Shown in pieces: positions 38,386-50,265 of a stretch of DNA of 64,000 nucleotides. A program made the position numbers and the translations under genes. The stretch comes from Gemmatimonadales bacterium (GTDB taxonomy: Bacteria > Gemmatimonadota > Gemmatimonadetes > Gemmatimonadales > GWC2-71-9). Location of the stretch: contig DATEIR010000004.1 of assembly GCA_035278885.1 (NCBI GenBank), positions 5,262 to 69,261 on the forward strand, given 5' to 3'. Each line of letters begins with the position of its first letter. The stretch's first letter is position 1. The notes under the pieces were generated by a model. The model was not told where the DNA came from. It made no database searches and was given only the letters and a program-made list of their open reading frames with translations.

Positions 38386-39386
38386 CCGGCGGACTGGAGC
38401 TGCCGGATGGTGTCGGCGATGGCCATGGTCTTCGGCATATCGTTGGCTTCCGACGCGGCCTTGGCCCGCTCGCCGAGCGCGGCGATTTCCTTCTCGTGCT
38501 TCTGGGCGTTCTGGGCCATGCAGTTGGCCAGCTTCGCCTGGTCCTGCGACATCCCCGACGGAGCCGCCGCGGCGGGCGCGGGCGTCGGTGCGGGCGCGGC
38601 CTTCGGGGCACGGGCCGGCGGCTGCTCCTGCAGGCCGAGCAGCGGCTTGAGCTCGGGGGAACGCTTGTTCACCGCGGACTTCTCGCCGGGAGAGGCGTCG
38701 CCCGGAGGGGTCTGGCCCTGCAGGATCATCCAGGCCCGCTCCTGGGCCATGGCGAATTCGCTCCGGCTCATCTTGGACGACTTGATCGCCTGCTCTTCCG
38801 CGCGGCCGTCGATCTTGCGCTGAGCCTCGTAGTAGCCGTCGGGCTGGGTCGGCTGCTTGACGACGCAGCCGGGGTCCTGCATCGCCATGGCGGAGTCGCT
38901 GTAGGCCTGCACCAGCTTGTTGTCTCCCGCCTCCTGGGCCTTGATCATCTTGTCGGTGTAGTCGCTGTAGCGCTTCATGAACTTCTCGTCGCCCGCCCGG
39001 GTGGCGAAGGTGGCCTGGCCCTGGGCGCAGCTGGTCTTGGCCGCCTCGTAGGCCGCCTGGTCCCGATGGAACCGGCCGTAGGGGGTGTTCTCCTTCTTCG
39101 CCGCCTCACGGTCGGCCTGTCCGGCCTTGAGTCCGGCGATGAGCTGGTCTACGAGCTGATCATCGAGCACCACGGTCTCCGCCGCGGCCGCGCCGCCTCC
39201 TGCCGGAGCAGGTGCCGCGGCGGTCGTGTCTCCGACCTTCTTGGCCGCCTCGGCGCCGGCTGCCTGCTGCGCCTTCTTCTTGAGGCCGCCGAACTGAGCT
39301 GCCGCCGGGCTGGCGAGCGCCAACGTCAGGCAGGCGACGGCGAGCATCCGCACGAGGCGGACGGAACGCCGGGGGGACGTGGACAT
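38376..39386 (-). CDS. hypothetical secreted helical protein
   Basis: Signal peptide ..AAAQFGGLKKKA; GGAGG SD; 4 Cys in the mature part. Confidence 0.7.
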   Translation of the reverse strand: MSTSPRRSVRLVRMLAVACLTLALASPAAAQFGGLKKKAQQAAGAEAAKKVGDTTAAAPAPAGGGAAAAETVVLDDQLVDQLIAGLKAGQADREAAKKENTPYGRFHRDQAAYEAAKTSCAQGQATFATRAGDEKFMKRYSDYTDKMIKAQEAGDNKLVQAYSDSAMAMQDPGCVVKQPTQPDGYYEAQRKIDGRAEEQAIKSSKMSRSEFAMAQERAWMILQGQTPPGDASPGEKSAVNKRSPELKPLLGLQEQPPARAPKAAPAPTPAPAAAAPSGMSQDQAKLANCMAQNAQKHEKEIAALGERAKAASEANDMPKTMAIADTIRQLQSAGCQ

Positions 39387-39588
39387 GGATCCTCCAGAGG
39401 GGTTCGGAAACGCCAGTGGGTTCGTCGGTATGACGCGCCCAACGCGGCTCCATTCTCGGTCGGTCGGTCTTGTGCGGTGGATGGAGCGGTAATGTACCGC
39501 CGGCGGGGTGCGCCGCCAGCGTTGCAGGGCGCGACAGGTGCCACGAGGTGGTGCATCCGCGCGGACCGTGGGCGTCTTACTCACTGCC

Positions 39589-40074
39589 ATGCGCGATCAA
39601 CACCGCACCCGCTCGGACCTGTCCGTCGAGGTCACCGCCCTGCGCAAGCAGGTGGCCGACCTCAAGGAGGCCATGCTGGCGCGGCGGCGGGTGGAAGACG
39701 CGCTGCGTCACGCGGAGGAACAGCTGCGCAGCCTGGCCGACTCGGCGCCGATCGGGCTCTGTCTTCTGCAGGCCGATGGAACCCCGGTGGTGGCCAACCG
39801 GCCGTTCGCCCACATGTTGGGATACGACTCCCCGGCCGAGCTGCAGCGTATAGCGTCCACATTCGGGATCTTCGGCGGCCCGGCCGAGCTCGATAGGCTC
39901 CGCTGTACGTTGCAGTCCGGCTCCCCCGCCACCCTGCTGTTCCGCCGCAAGGATGGGCAGCGCGTAGCGCTCGAGGTCGTGGGCGCGGGGTGGGCCGAAG
40001 CCGGGCTCAACGCCGTCGCGGTGCGCCGCGATGACTCCGCCGCACTCCCCAGAGCCACTCCCCGATCGGCCTGA
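39589..40074 (+). CDS. coiled-coil plus single PAS domain protein
   Basis: RRRVEDALRHAEEQLRSLADSAPIG..ANRPFAHMLGY..RRKDG. Confidence 0.75.
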   Translation: MRDQHRTRSDLSVEVTALRKQVADLKEAMLARRRVEDALRHAEEQLRSLADSAPIGLCLLQADGTPVVANRPFAHMLGYDSPAELQRIASTFGIFGGPAELDRLRCTLQSGSPATLLFRRKDGQRVALEVVGAGWAEAGLNAVAVRRDDSAALPRATPRSA

Positions 40075-40122
40075 CCGCCGCCGACAACGCTATCTTGAGC
40101 GCATCTCCCACCAGGAGCCCGG

Positions 40123-40911
40123 ATGGGTGTGTGCGCAGTGCGCCGCCGGCTGAGTGCGCTCGCCGGGGTCGCGAGTCTCGCCTGCGGCGGCTCCGCTGCA
40201 CCGGCGCCGGCCGTAGCGCCGCAGGCCGAGCCCGCGGCGGTGGCGGAGTTCTCGCCGACGGATACCGCCGCCTTTCTTCGAGTCCGCTTCGCGCAGGGGA
40301 CCACGTCGGGGATCCTCGACGACAGCCTCGCCGCGGGCCATGACCGGGGCTACCTGCTCGGCGCCCTGCAGGACCAGGTGATGCTGGCGCACGCCATCGC
40401 GTGGCCATCCGCGGTCGGCAAGGAGGCGCCGGAGGCGCGGGTCCGGGTCTACCGGGCGTACGACGGCGCCGAGCTGGAGGCGCCCGGCCCCGATGGACCG
40501 CTCTGGTTCGGCCACCTGCCCGGGACGGGCGACTACATCATCCGGGTCACCGCCCCGGCCGAGCGGCCCATCGGCTACACCCTCGCGGTGCAGATACCCC
40601 GCCGGTTGATCCTCGATCGCGGCCATCCGCAGAGCGAGGTCTCCGCCCGGGCGCCTTCGAGGGCGCCGGTAGACTTCGTGGTGAGGGGTGGAAAGGGCCA
40701 GCTGCTGAGGGCGGAGCTCCGCGGAGCACCGGAAGGCGGCGCGGCGCCGACGCTGCACCTCTACGGCCTGAACGACGGCGTGCAGCTGGCGCCGCTGGGC
40801 GAGCGGCGCCGGAGCTGGTCCGGCGCGCTGCCGGGCGATCAGGACTACGTGGTGAGCGTGATTCCTCCGGGCGAAGGCGCCCAGTACGATCTCATCGTCG
40901 GGCTGCGCTGA
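40123..40911 (+). CDS. hypothetical lipoprotein with two PPC-like beta domains
   Basis: SLAC lipobox; RVRFAQGTTS, LPGTGDYIIRV, LPGDQDYVVSV. Confidence 0.6.
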   Translation: MGVCAVRRRLSALAGVASLACGGSAAPAPAVAPQAEPAAVAEFSPTDTAAFLRVRFAQGTTSGILDDSLAAGHDRGYLLGALQDQVMLAHAIAWPSAVGKEAPEARVRVYRAYDGAELEAPGPDGPLWFGHLPGTGDYIIRVTAPAERPIGYTLAVQIPRRLILDRGHPQSEVSARAPSRAPVDFVVRGGKGQLLRAELRGAPEGGAAPTLHLYGLNDGVQLAPLGERRRSWSGALPGDQDYVVSVIPPGEGAQYDLIVGLR

Positions 40912-40917
40912 CCGGGC

Positions 40918-41949
40918 TCAGCCTACCGTTTCGCCCCCGAGAACCGGGAGTACCTCTCCGCTGATGTAGCTGGAGCAGACCGGCGCGGCCAGGAACACGT
41001 AGGCCGGCGCGATCTCCTCCGGCTGCGCCGGCCGCTTCATCGGCACGTCGCTGCCGAACTTCGCCACCTTCTCGGCATCCTGATCGGCCGGATTGAGCGG
41101 GGTCCACACCGGCCCCGGCGCGACGCAGTTCACCCGGATCCCGCGCTCCACCAGGTTCTGGGCCAGCGATTTGGTGAACGCGTGGATCGCGCCCTTGGTG
41201 CTGGAATAGTCGAGCAGCTCCTTGCTGCCTTCGATGCCCGTGACCGAGCCCGTGTTGATGATGGCTCCGCCTTCGGGCAGATGCGCCAGCGCGGCACGGG
41301 CCATGTAGAAGTAGCCGAAGATGTTGGTCTTGAAGGTGCGCTCCAGCTGCTCGTCGCTCAGCTCCTCCAGCGACGGCACGTGCTCCTGAAACGCGGCGTT
41401 GTTGACCAGGATGTCGAGCTGATCCAGCTCGCGCACCGTGGTCTCGACCGCCTCCCGGCAGAACTCGGGGTCGGTCACGTCGCCGGGAATGAGCAGCGCG
41501 CGCTGGCCCTCCGCCTCCACCGCCCGGCAGGTCTCCTCCGCGTCGGCATCCTCGTTCAGGTAGACGATCGCGACGTCCGCGCCCTCGCGGGCGAAGAGGA
41601 CCGCCACCGCCCGGCCGATACCCGAGTCGCCGCCGGTGACCAGCGCCACCTTGTCCTCCAGCTTGCCCGATCCCCGGTATTCCGGCGCCTGATAGCGTGG
41701 ACGTGGCTCCAGGTCGCGCTCGAGGCCCGGCTTGGCGAGCTGCTGCTTGGGCATCGGCGGCTCGGGGTAGCCGCGCTGGCCGACCTGCACCGCGCCCTCC
41801 TGCTTCTGCTTCTTCTTCTCGCCGCGGGACCGGGCGCTCTCGGCCTCGCGCTGGAGCTTCCGGTCCGAGCGCGCCTTGGCCTCGCCCTTCGCCTCGCCGG
41901 CGCGCGCATGCTTACCCGACCACCGTCCCGACTTTCGATTCACCGCCAC
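40918..41949 (-). CDS. SDR oxidoreductase, general-stress YghA/YdaD type
   Basis: TGGDSGIG, NNAA, YSSTK, VAPGPVWTP; AGGAGG SD before GTG 41949. Confidence 0.92.
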   Translation of the reverse strand: MAVNRKSGRWSGKHARAGEAKGEAKARSDRKLQREAESARSRGEKKKQKQEGAVQVGQRGYPEPPMPKQQLAKPGLERDLEPRPRYQAPEYRGSGKLEDKVALVTGGDSGIGRAVAVLFAREGADVAIVYLNEDADAEETCRAVEAEGQRALLIPGDVTDPEFCREAVETTVRELDQLDILVNNAAFQEHVPSLEELSDEQLERTFKTNIFGYFYMARAALAHLPEGGAIINTGSVTGIEGSKELLDYSSTKGAIHAFTKSLAQNLVERGIRVNCVAPGPVWTPLNPADQDAEKVAKFGSDVPMKRPAQPEEIAPAYVFLAAPVCSSYISGEVLPVLGGETVG

Positions 41950-42100
41950 GACAGCCTCCTGAGGATCGCCCGCCTGAGTGGATCGTGATGATGGGCGATC
42001 GGACCCCGCCGGGATGTGACAGGCCTCACCCGCGCGAAACGCCGGGGCGGCCTCGTCCGTAAGGCCACCATCGCACGCTCCCCGTATCCCAGAGGTCGTC

Positions 42101-42544
42101 ATGCGGTTGTCTTTCGCCGCGCTCGCGGCGCTCGCCATCGCCGTTCCCGCCGCCGCCCAGACCGCGGCCGATTCCGCAGCCGTCCGCGCCAGCGCACTCG
42201 ACTACGCCGAGGGCTGGTATGAAGGCAGCGCGGAGCGGATGGCGCGGGCGCTCCATCCCGAGCTCGTGAAGCGGATCGTGGTGTGGGACAGCACCACGGG
42301 CCGGAGCGTGCTGAACACCATGGGCGCGTCGGCGCTGGTGAACGCCGCCGGCCATGGCTACGGCACCAAGACCCCGAAGGAGAAGCAGGAAAGGGAGGTT
42401 CGGATTCTGGACCTGTACCGGAACGCCGGGGTCGCCAGGATCACGATGGCCGATTGGGTCGACTATCTGCAGCTGGCCAAGGTGGACGGCCGGTGGGTGA
42501 TCGTGAACGTGCTCTGGGAGCGCAAGCCGGAGAACGGCGCCTGA
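42101..42544 (+). CDS. secreted NTF2-like (lumazine-binding-like) protein
   Basis: ALDYAEGWY..RALHPEL, WVDYLQLAKVDGRWVIVNVLW. Confidence 0.8.
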   Translation: MRLSFAALAALAIAVPAAAQTAADSAAVRASALDYAEGWYEGSAERMARALHPELVKRIVVWDSTTGRSVLNTMGASALVNAAGHGYGTKTPKEKQEREVRILDLYRNAGVARITMADWVDYLQLAKVDGRWVIVNVLWERKPENGA

Positions 42545-43851
42545 TGGGCCTCGCGCCCGCGGCGCTCGCGCTGGCCGCTCTGCTGGCCGGCCCGGCCGAT
42601 CCGCCGACTCGCTCCTCCGGCTGGCTGGCCCGCCTGCCCGACGGCGAGGCCAAGCGGAAGTTCCTGCTCGATTGCACCGGCTGCCATCAGTTCGACGAGC
42701 GCATCGCCCGCCCGCGGGGCACGCCGCGCACCGAGGCGGGATGGGTGGAGGCCGTGACGCGGATGCTGGGCTATGGCGGTGCGACCGGCTCGTTCCCGGT
42801 CATCGCGGCCGATCGCGATGCCGGAGCGACGGCGGCCTGGCTGGCGCGGCATCTCCCGGCAGGCCCGGTGGCCGACCCCGTCGTGCCGAGTCCGGCCAGG
42901 GCTACCATCACCGAATACCTCATGCCGGAGCCGCAGGACCTGCCCCACGACGTGGTGGTCGAGCCCGACGGGCGGGTGCTGGTGACCGGGATGTTCACCC
43001 ACGTGCTCTACCGGATCGACCCTGCCCGAGAGGCCCCGACGGAGGTCCCGATCCCGGTCGAGAAGGCAAATCCGCGGGCGATCGATCGGGACGCGCGCGG
43101 GCGGGTGTGGGCGGTGCTCGGAGCGCCCAGGAAGCTCGCCATGCTGGCGCCCGACTCCACCTGGAAGGTGCACGATGTCGGGATGTACCCGCACAGCGTC
43201 GCGATCGGGCCGGACGGACGGGTGTGGGTCAACGGCCACTTTACCCGCGCCCCCGAGCTGATCGGCTCGGTCGATCCGGCCTCGGGAAAGTTCCAGACCT
43301 ACGAGATCCCGTCCCATCCGACAATGGCGGCGGTGCCCGGCGGCCCGATCCCCTATGAGATCCGCGCCGCGCCCGACGGCCGCATCTGGACCAGCGAGCT
43401 CCATGGAAACCGCATGGTGGCGTTCGATCCTTCCACCAACCGGTTCCAGACGTTCACCCTTCCGACGCCGCACAGCGGGCCGCGCCGCTTCGACGTGGAC
43501 GCGCAGGGCATTCTCTGGATCCCGGCCTATGCGACCGGACGGCTGGTGCGGCTCGACCCGGCGAGCGCCAGGTTCACCGAGATTCCCCTGCCCATGCCGG
43601 ACGCGCTGCCCTATGTGGTGCGTGCCGACCCCCGCGACGGCGCGCTGTGGATCGGCACCGGGGCCGCCGACGTGGTGTTCCGCTACGATCCCAAGGCTCG
43701 GCGATTCGACACCTACGACCTCGGCACCCGCGGGGCCATGATCCGGCACCTCGCCGTCGATCCGGCCCGCAACGCGGTCTGGTTGGCGTACGGCGCCTCG
43801 CCCGGCATTCCGGCCCGGATCGCGCGACTGGTGCCGGCCCGAAACCCGTAG
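42544..43851 (+). CDS. c-type cytochrome / Vgb-lyase-like beta-propeller fusion
   Basis: CTGCH heme motif then WxxxVxRM; repeated PDGRVW / PDGRIW / GPRR blades. Confidence 0.75.
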   Translation: MGLAPAALALAALLAGPADPPTRSSGWLARLPDGEAKRKFLLDCTGCHQFDERIARPRGTPRTEAGWVEAVTRMLGYGGATGSFPVIAADRDAGATAAWLARHLPAGPVADPVVPSPARATITEYLMPEPQDLPHDVVVEPDGRVLVTGMFTHVLYRIDPAREAPTEVPIPVEKANPRAIDRDARGRVWAVLGAPRKLAMLAPDSTWKVHDVGMYPHSVAIGPDGRVWVNGHFTRAPELIGSVDPASGKFQTYEIPSHPTMAAVPGGPIPYEIRAAPDGRIWTSELHGNRMVAFDPSTNRFQTFTLPTPHSGPRRFDVDAQGILWIPAYATGRLVRLDPASARFTEIPLPMPDALPYVVRADPRDGALWIGTGAADVVFRYDPKARRFDTYDLGTRGAMIRHLAVDPARNAVWLAYGASPGIPARIARLVPARNP

Positions 43852-43869
43852 GCAAGGCGCAGCCTCCCC

Positions 43870-44331
43870 ATGCCTCCCATCGTTCTCCAGGTCAACGGCG
43901 CTCGCCGCCGAGTGGACGTGGCTCCCGACACGCCGCTCCTCTGGGTGCTGCGCGACGCGCTCGGCCTGACCGGGGCCAAATACGGCTGCGGCGCCGGCCA
44001 CTGCGGCGCCTGCACCGTTCATCTCGGCGGCGCCGCGGTGCGCTCCTGCCAGGTCCAGGTGGGCGCGGTGGCCGGCAAGCCTATCACGACGATCGAGGGA
44101 CTGTCTCCCGGCGGCAGTCACCCGGCGCAGCGCGCCTGGGTGGAGGAAGACGTGGCGCAATGCGGCTACTGCCAGGCGGGTCAGATCATGGCGGCCGCGG
44201 CACTCCTCGCGGGCACGCCGAAGCCGACCGACACGGAGATCGACGACGCGATGTCCGGCAACCTGTGCCGCTGCGGCACCTACCAGCGGATCCGGGCGGC
44301 GATCCATCGCGCTGCCGAGGGTGCGGCCTGA
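43870..44331 (+). CDS. (2Fe-2S)-binding subunit, IorA/CoxS type
   Basis: [22 protein letters not shown]. Confidence 0.95.
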   Translation: MPPIVLQVNGARRRVDVAPDTPLLWVLRDALGLTGAKYGCGAGHCGACTVHLGGAAVRSCQVQVGAVAGKPITTIEGLSPGGSHPAQRAWVEEDVAQCGYCQAGQIMAAAALLAGTPKPTDTEIDDAMSGNLCRCGTYQRIRAAIHRAAEGAA

Positions 44332-46464
44332 TGCAGCGGCGCGATTTTCTCCAGGTCACCACCACGGCGGCCGGCGGCCTGCTGGTGCTCGGCACGCTGC
44401 CCCGCACGATGCACGGGCTCGCGGGGGGCTCGCTTGGCCCCTTCGTCGAGATCGGCTCCGACGGGCTGGTCACCATCCCGGCGAAAAACCCCGAGATCGG
44501 GCAGGGTGTGAAGACCGCGCTGCCTCTCATCGTGGCCGAGGAGCTCGACGTGGCCTGGGAACGGGTGCGGGTGGTTCAGGCCGACCTGGACCGCCGCTAC
44601 GGCGACCAGTACGCGGGCGGGAGCGACGCCGTGAGCGAAAACTTCGACAGGTTGCGCCAGGCCGGCGCGACGGCGCGCCACCTGCTCGTCGCCGCGGCCG
44701 CGGCCCGCTGGGGTGTGGCCGCCGCCGCCTGCCGCACCGAGCTGGGCGTCGTGGTTCACGAGCCCAGCGGCCGCAGGCTCGGTTACGGCGCCCTCGCCGC
44801 GGAGGCCGCGCGGATTCCGGTTCCGGCAAAGGTCCCGCTCAAGCCGAGGTCGGCCTACCGGCTGCTCGGTACCCGGGTCCGCGCGACCGATCAGGCGGCG
44901 ATCGCGACCGGGCGAGTGACGTACGGCCTCGACGCGCGCGCCCCGGGCATGCTCCGGGCCAGCGTGCTGCATCCGCCGTTCGGGCACCGTCTCGCTTCGC
45001 TCGACAGCGCCGCGGCCGAGCGTATCCCCGGAGTGAAGCGGGTGGTACGGATCGACCCACTCCCGAGCCCGCTGCACCTGCGGCAGGGAGTGGCCGTGGT
45101 GGCCGACTCCACTTGGGCCGCGATGCAGGGCGTACGCGCGGTGCAGGCCACCTGGGAGCGGGTGGCCGGGCCACCGGTGGACAGCGAGGCGATCCGGACC
45201 GCGATGCGCCAGGCCGTGCTGGCTCCGGGCGAGGCGGTTCGCAGCGACGGCGACGTGGATCGCGCCCTCGCCGGGGCCGCCAGGATCGTGGAGGCGACGT
45301 ACGAGCTGCCGCTCCTGTCCCACGTCCCGATGGAGCCGATCAACTGCCTCGCCGACGTCCGCCGCGGACGCGCCGAGGTGTGGGGACCGATGCAGGATCC
45401 CGACGGCGTGCGCGAGCTGACGGCCCGCGTCACCGGGGTTCCTGCCACTGCCATCACGGTCCGCATGACTCGCGCGGGCGGCGGCTTCGGCCGGCGGCTC
45501 ATGTCCGATTACGGTGCGGAGGCCGCGTACCTGTCGAAGGAGATGGGCGCGCCGGTGCAGGTCATGTGGACCCGGGAAGAGGACCTGAGCCAGGACTTCT
45601 ATCGGCCGTGCGCCGTGCACCGGCTCCGGGCAGGCCTGGATACCGGCGGGCGGGTGATCGCCTGGGATCACCGGATGGCGAACCCCTCCCGCTACGCCTA
45701 CGCCGAGAACGGGCAGCCGCCGGTGGTGTCCGAGCTGTACGCCGACGATTTTCCCGCCGGGTTCATTCCCGACTTCCGCCTCGGCTACACCCACATCCCC
45801 TGCGGCATCCCCGGCGGTGCCTGGCGCTCCACGCTGCACTCTTCCAATGCCTTCGCGGTGCAGAGCTTCGTGGACGAGCTGGCGCACGCGACGGGCAAGG
45901 ATCCTCTGGCACTCCGGCTCGAGCTGCTCGGGCCGCCGCGGCGGCTCGACTACAAGGACTACGGCGGGCCCGTCTTCGACACCGGGCGCCTGGCCGGGGT
46001 GCTTCGGCTGGTGGCGGACAAGGCGGGCTGGGGATCACCGCCGGCGGCCGGCCGGGCGCGGGGAATCGCCGGCCACTTCACCTTCGGGAGCTACGCCGCC
46101 CACGTGGTGGAGGTCGCGCGCGCCGCCGACGGCTTCCGAGTGGAGCGCGTGGTGGTAGCGCTGGACTGCGGGCTGGTGGTGAACCGGAGCGGCGCCGAGG
46201 CGCAGGTACAGGGAGGGGTGCTGGACGGGCTCTCGGCCGCGCTCTACGGCGGAGTGACCGTCGAGGGCGGCCGGGTCCGGGAAACCAACTTCGACCGGTA
46301 CCGACTGACCCGGATGCGCGAAGCGCCTCGCGTGGAGACCTGGTTCGTCTCCAGCGAGGCGCCACCGTCGGGCCTGGGCGAGCCGCCGGTGCCGCCGGTG
46401 GCGCCCGCGCTGGCCGGCGCGGTCTTCGCGCTCACCGGCGAGCGGCCCCGGCGATTGCCGCTGA

Positions 46465-46481
<17 letters not shown>
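44331..46481 (+). CDS. xanthine dehydrogenase family molybdopterin subunit, IorB type, with Tat signal
   Basis: MQRRDFL, EIGQG, GGGFGRR, AQVQGG, GLGEPP. Confidence 0.93.
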
Positions 46482-48045
<1,564 letters not shown>

Positions 48046-48200
48046 AACCGAATACTCCTGAAAGGTTCGGGGATCACTCGTGTCAATGCCCGGTCGGCCG
48101 GGAGGGTCGCACGAAACCAGGCTTGCCCCGGCTACGTCTTCAGGCCATCATCCGGCCCCGGACGACCCGGTCGCCCGTTTACCCGCTGCTGGAGAAGCAG

Positions 48201-50198
48201 ATGTATCCCAAGGTGTTAGCTCATCGCCGGCCCGCCGGCATTCTGCTGGCAGGACTGGCGATCGCCGGCTGCGGAGGCGGACGCACCGAAGCGCCCGCGA
48301 CCGCCCCCACCCCTGCCGCGGGTGCCGCGGCGCCGACGACCCGGGCCATGGAGGTGCCGCAACTCGTCGGCTTCGAGAAGGCGCTCGCCGCGGGCACCAG
48401 GCAGGCCAATGGCGAGCCCGGGCCCAAGTACTGGCAGCAGTGGGCGGACTACAAGCTGGAAGCCGAGCTCAATCCAGTGTCCAAGCGGCTCACCGGGCAC
48501 GGCACCATCCGCTACCAGAACCGCTCGCCCGACACCCTGGCCGTCGTCTACGTCCAGGTGCTGCACAACATCTTCGCGCCGGGCGCGCGTCATGACACGG
48601 ACGTTCCCTGGTCGGTCGAGGGCATGGACCTCGACAAGGTGGTGGCCCAGGGCCAGACCTTGACCACCGGGGGCGGCTCCGATGCGCCCGGATACCAGGT
48701 CGACGGAACCATCATGCGCGTGATTCTCCCGCACCCGATCGTCCCGGGCGGTAGCGCCGACTTCGAGTTCAACTGGCGTCTGCGGGTTCCGCCCGATGGG
48801 GCGCCGCGGGGAGGCCAGGACGGGGAGGTCTGGTACATCAGCTACTGGTACCCGCAGATGGCGGTCTATGACGACGTGAACGGCTGGCAGACCGACCAGT
48901 ACCTCGGGAACGCCGAGTTCTACATGGGGTACGGGAACTATGACGTGTCTCTCACCGTGCCGGCCGGCTGGCTGGTGACCAGCACGGGGCGGCTGCTCAA
49001 CCCCGACCAGGTGCTCACTGCCCAGACCCGGGCCCGGCTCGACTCTGCGCGGGCCGGCAGTGCGATCGTCCACGTGGTGAACGAGAGCGACCGCGGGGCG
49101 GGCACGGCGACGACGGCGGGCACCGACGGCAAGCTCACCTGGCACTATCGCGCGGAGAACGTGCGCGACGTTTCCTGGGCCACCTCGTCGAAGTACCTGT
49201 GGGACGCGACCACGGCCGCCGTCGGAGACGCCAACGGCGACGGCAAGCCCGACACCTCGACGGTCGAGTCGTTCTGGCGCCCTGAGGAGCGGCGCAACCA
49301 CTGGGATGAGGCGGCCCGCTATGGCCAGCACTCGATCCAGTTCTTCTCCCGGTATCTGTGGCCCTACGCCTATCCCCACATGACCGTGGTGGACGGGCCG
49401 ACGTCGTGCGGCGGCATGGAGTTTCCGATGATGACGTGCATCGGGGGCCAGTGGGACACGCTCAGCTTCTACGAGGTGGTGAACCACGAAATCGGGCACA
49501 TGTGGTTCCCCATGATGGTGGGCTCCGACGAGAAACGCTTCGCCTGGATGGACGAGGGATTCACCCAGTTCGACCAGTCCCAGGCGATGGACGACTTCTT
49601 CAAGGGGTACGACGACGAGGCGGAGAACCGGCAGCCCTACATCAACCTGGCGGTGGCCGGCGGCGAGGTGGAGCTGATGCACCACGGCGACCGCTACCCC
49701 AACTACAACGCCTACGGGACGGCGAGCTATTACAAGACCGCGACCGTGCTGGTGGCGCTCCGGGGCGTGCTCGGCCGGGAGCTGTTCCACAGGGCGTTCA
49801 CCGAGTACGGCCGGCGCTGGATGTACAAGCATCCGACGCCCTGGGACTTTTTCAATACCATCGAGGACGTGTCCGGACGGGATCTCTCCTGGTTCTGGCG
49901 GACCTGGTTCTTCGAGACCTGGAAGCTGGACCAGGCGATCGACACCGTCGCGGCGGTGGGAGACTCGCTGGAGGTGACCGTCTCCAACCGGGGCAAGGCG
50001 ATGATGCCGGTGCATCTGGTGGTGAGCCGGACGGACGGCAAGACCGACAGCCTCGACGTGCCGGTCAGCGTCTGGTTCGACGGCCGCAAGCGAACGACGG
50101 TCAAGGTGGCCAAGGAGCCCACGATCAAGGTCATCGAGATCGACCCGGCCCGCGACTTTCCCGACGTGGACCGCTCCAACGGGACCTGGCCCCGGTAA
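48201..50198 (+). CDS. M1 family metallopeptidase lipoprotein
   Basis: GGMEFP, HEIGH..WMDEG, YYK; IAGC lipobox. Confidence 0.92.
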   Translation: MYPKVLAHRRPAGILLAGLAIAGCGGGRTEAPATAPTPAAGAAAPTTRAMEVPQLVGFEKALAAGTRQANGEPGPKYWQQWADYKLEAELNPVSKRLTGHGTIRYQNRSPDTLAVVYVQVLHNIFAPGARHDTDVPWSVEGMDLDKVVAQGQTLTTGGGSDAPGYQVDGTIMRVILPHPIVPGGSADFEFNWRLRVPPDGAPRGGQDGEVWYISYWYPQMAVYDDVNGWQTDQYLGNAEFYMGYGNYDVSLTVPAGWLVTSTGRLLNPDQVLTAQTRARLDSARAGSAIVHVVNESDRGAGTATTAGTDGKLTWHYRAENVRDVSWATSSKYLWDATTAAVGDANGDGKPDTSTVESFWRPEERRNHWDEAARYGQHSIQFFSRYLWPYAYPHMTVVDGPTSCGGMEFPMMTCIGGQWDTLSFYEVVNHEIGHMWFPMMVGSDEKRFAWMDEGFTQFDQSQAMDDFFKGYDDEAENRQPYINLAVAGGEVELMHHGDRYPNYNAYGTASYYKTATVLVALRGVLGRELFHRAFTEYGRRWMYKHPTPWDFFNTIEDVSGRDLSWFWRTWFFETWKLDQAIDTVAAVGDSLEVTVSNRGKAMMPVHLVVSRTDGKTDSLDVPVSVWFDGRKRTTVKVAKEPTIKVIEIDPARDFPDVDRSNGTWPR

Positions 50199-50219
50199 CT
50201 GTCGGCCGGGTAACGGCCT

Positions 50220-50241
50220 GGGCCGCCGGTTACGGCGGCCC
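50220..50241 (+). terminator. hairpin after the M1 peptidase gene
   Basis: GGGCCGCCG-gtta-CGGCGGCCC. Confidence 0.45.
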
Positions 50242-50265
50242 GAGGCGCCGGGGTAACTTGATCCT

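Noticed and set aside
43647..44330. N-terminal extension of the Mo subunit (944-aa ORF)
   Set aside because: Overlaps the 2Fe-2S gene in another frame; the Tat signal starts at 44331.
50194..50257. Several GGTAAC/GGTTAC hexamers upstream of TPS/TPP
   Set aside because: One contains the stop codon, one the -10 box and one a hairpin loop; irregular spacing, so weak as an operator.
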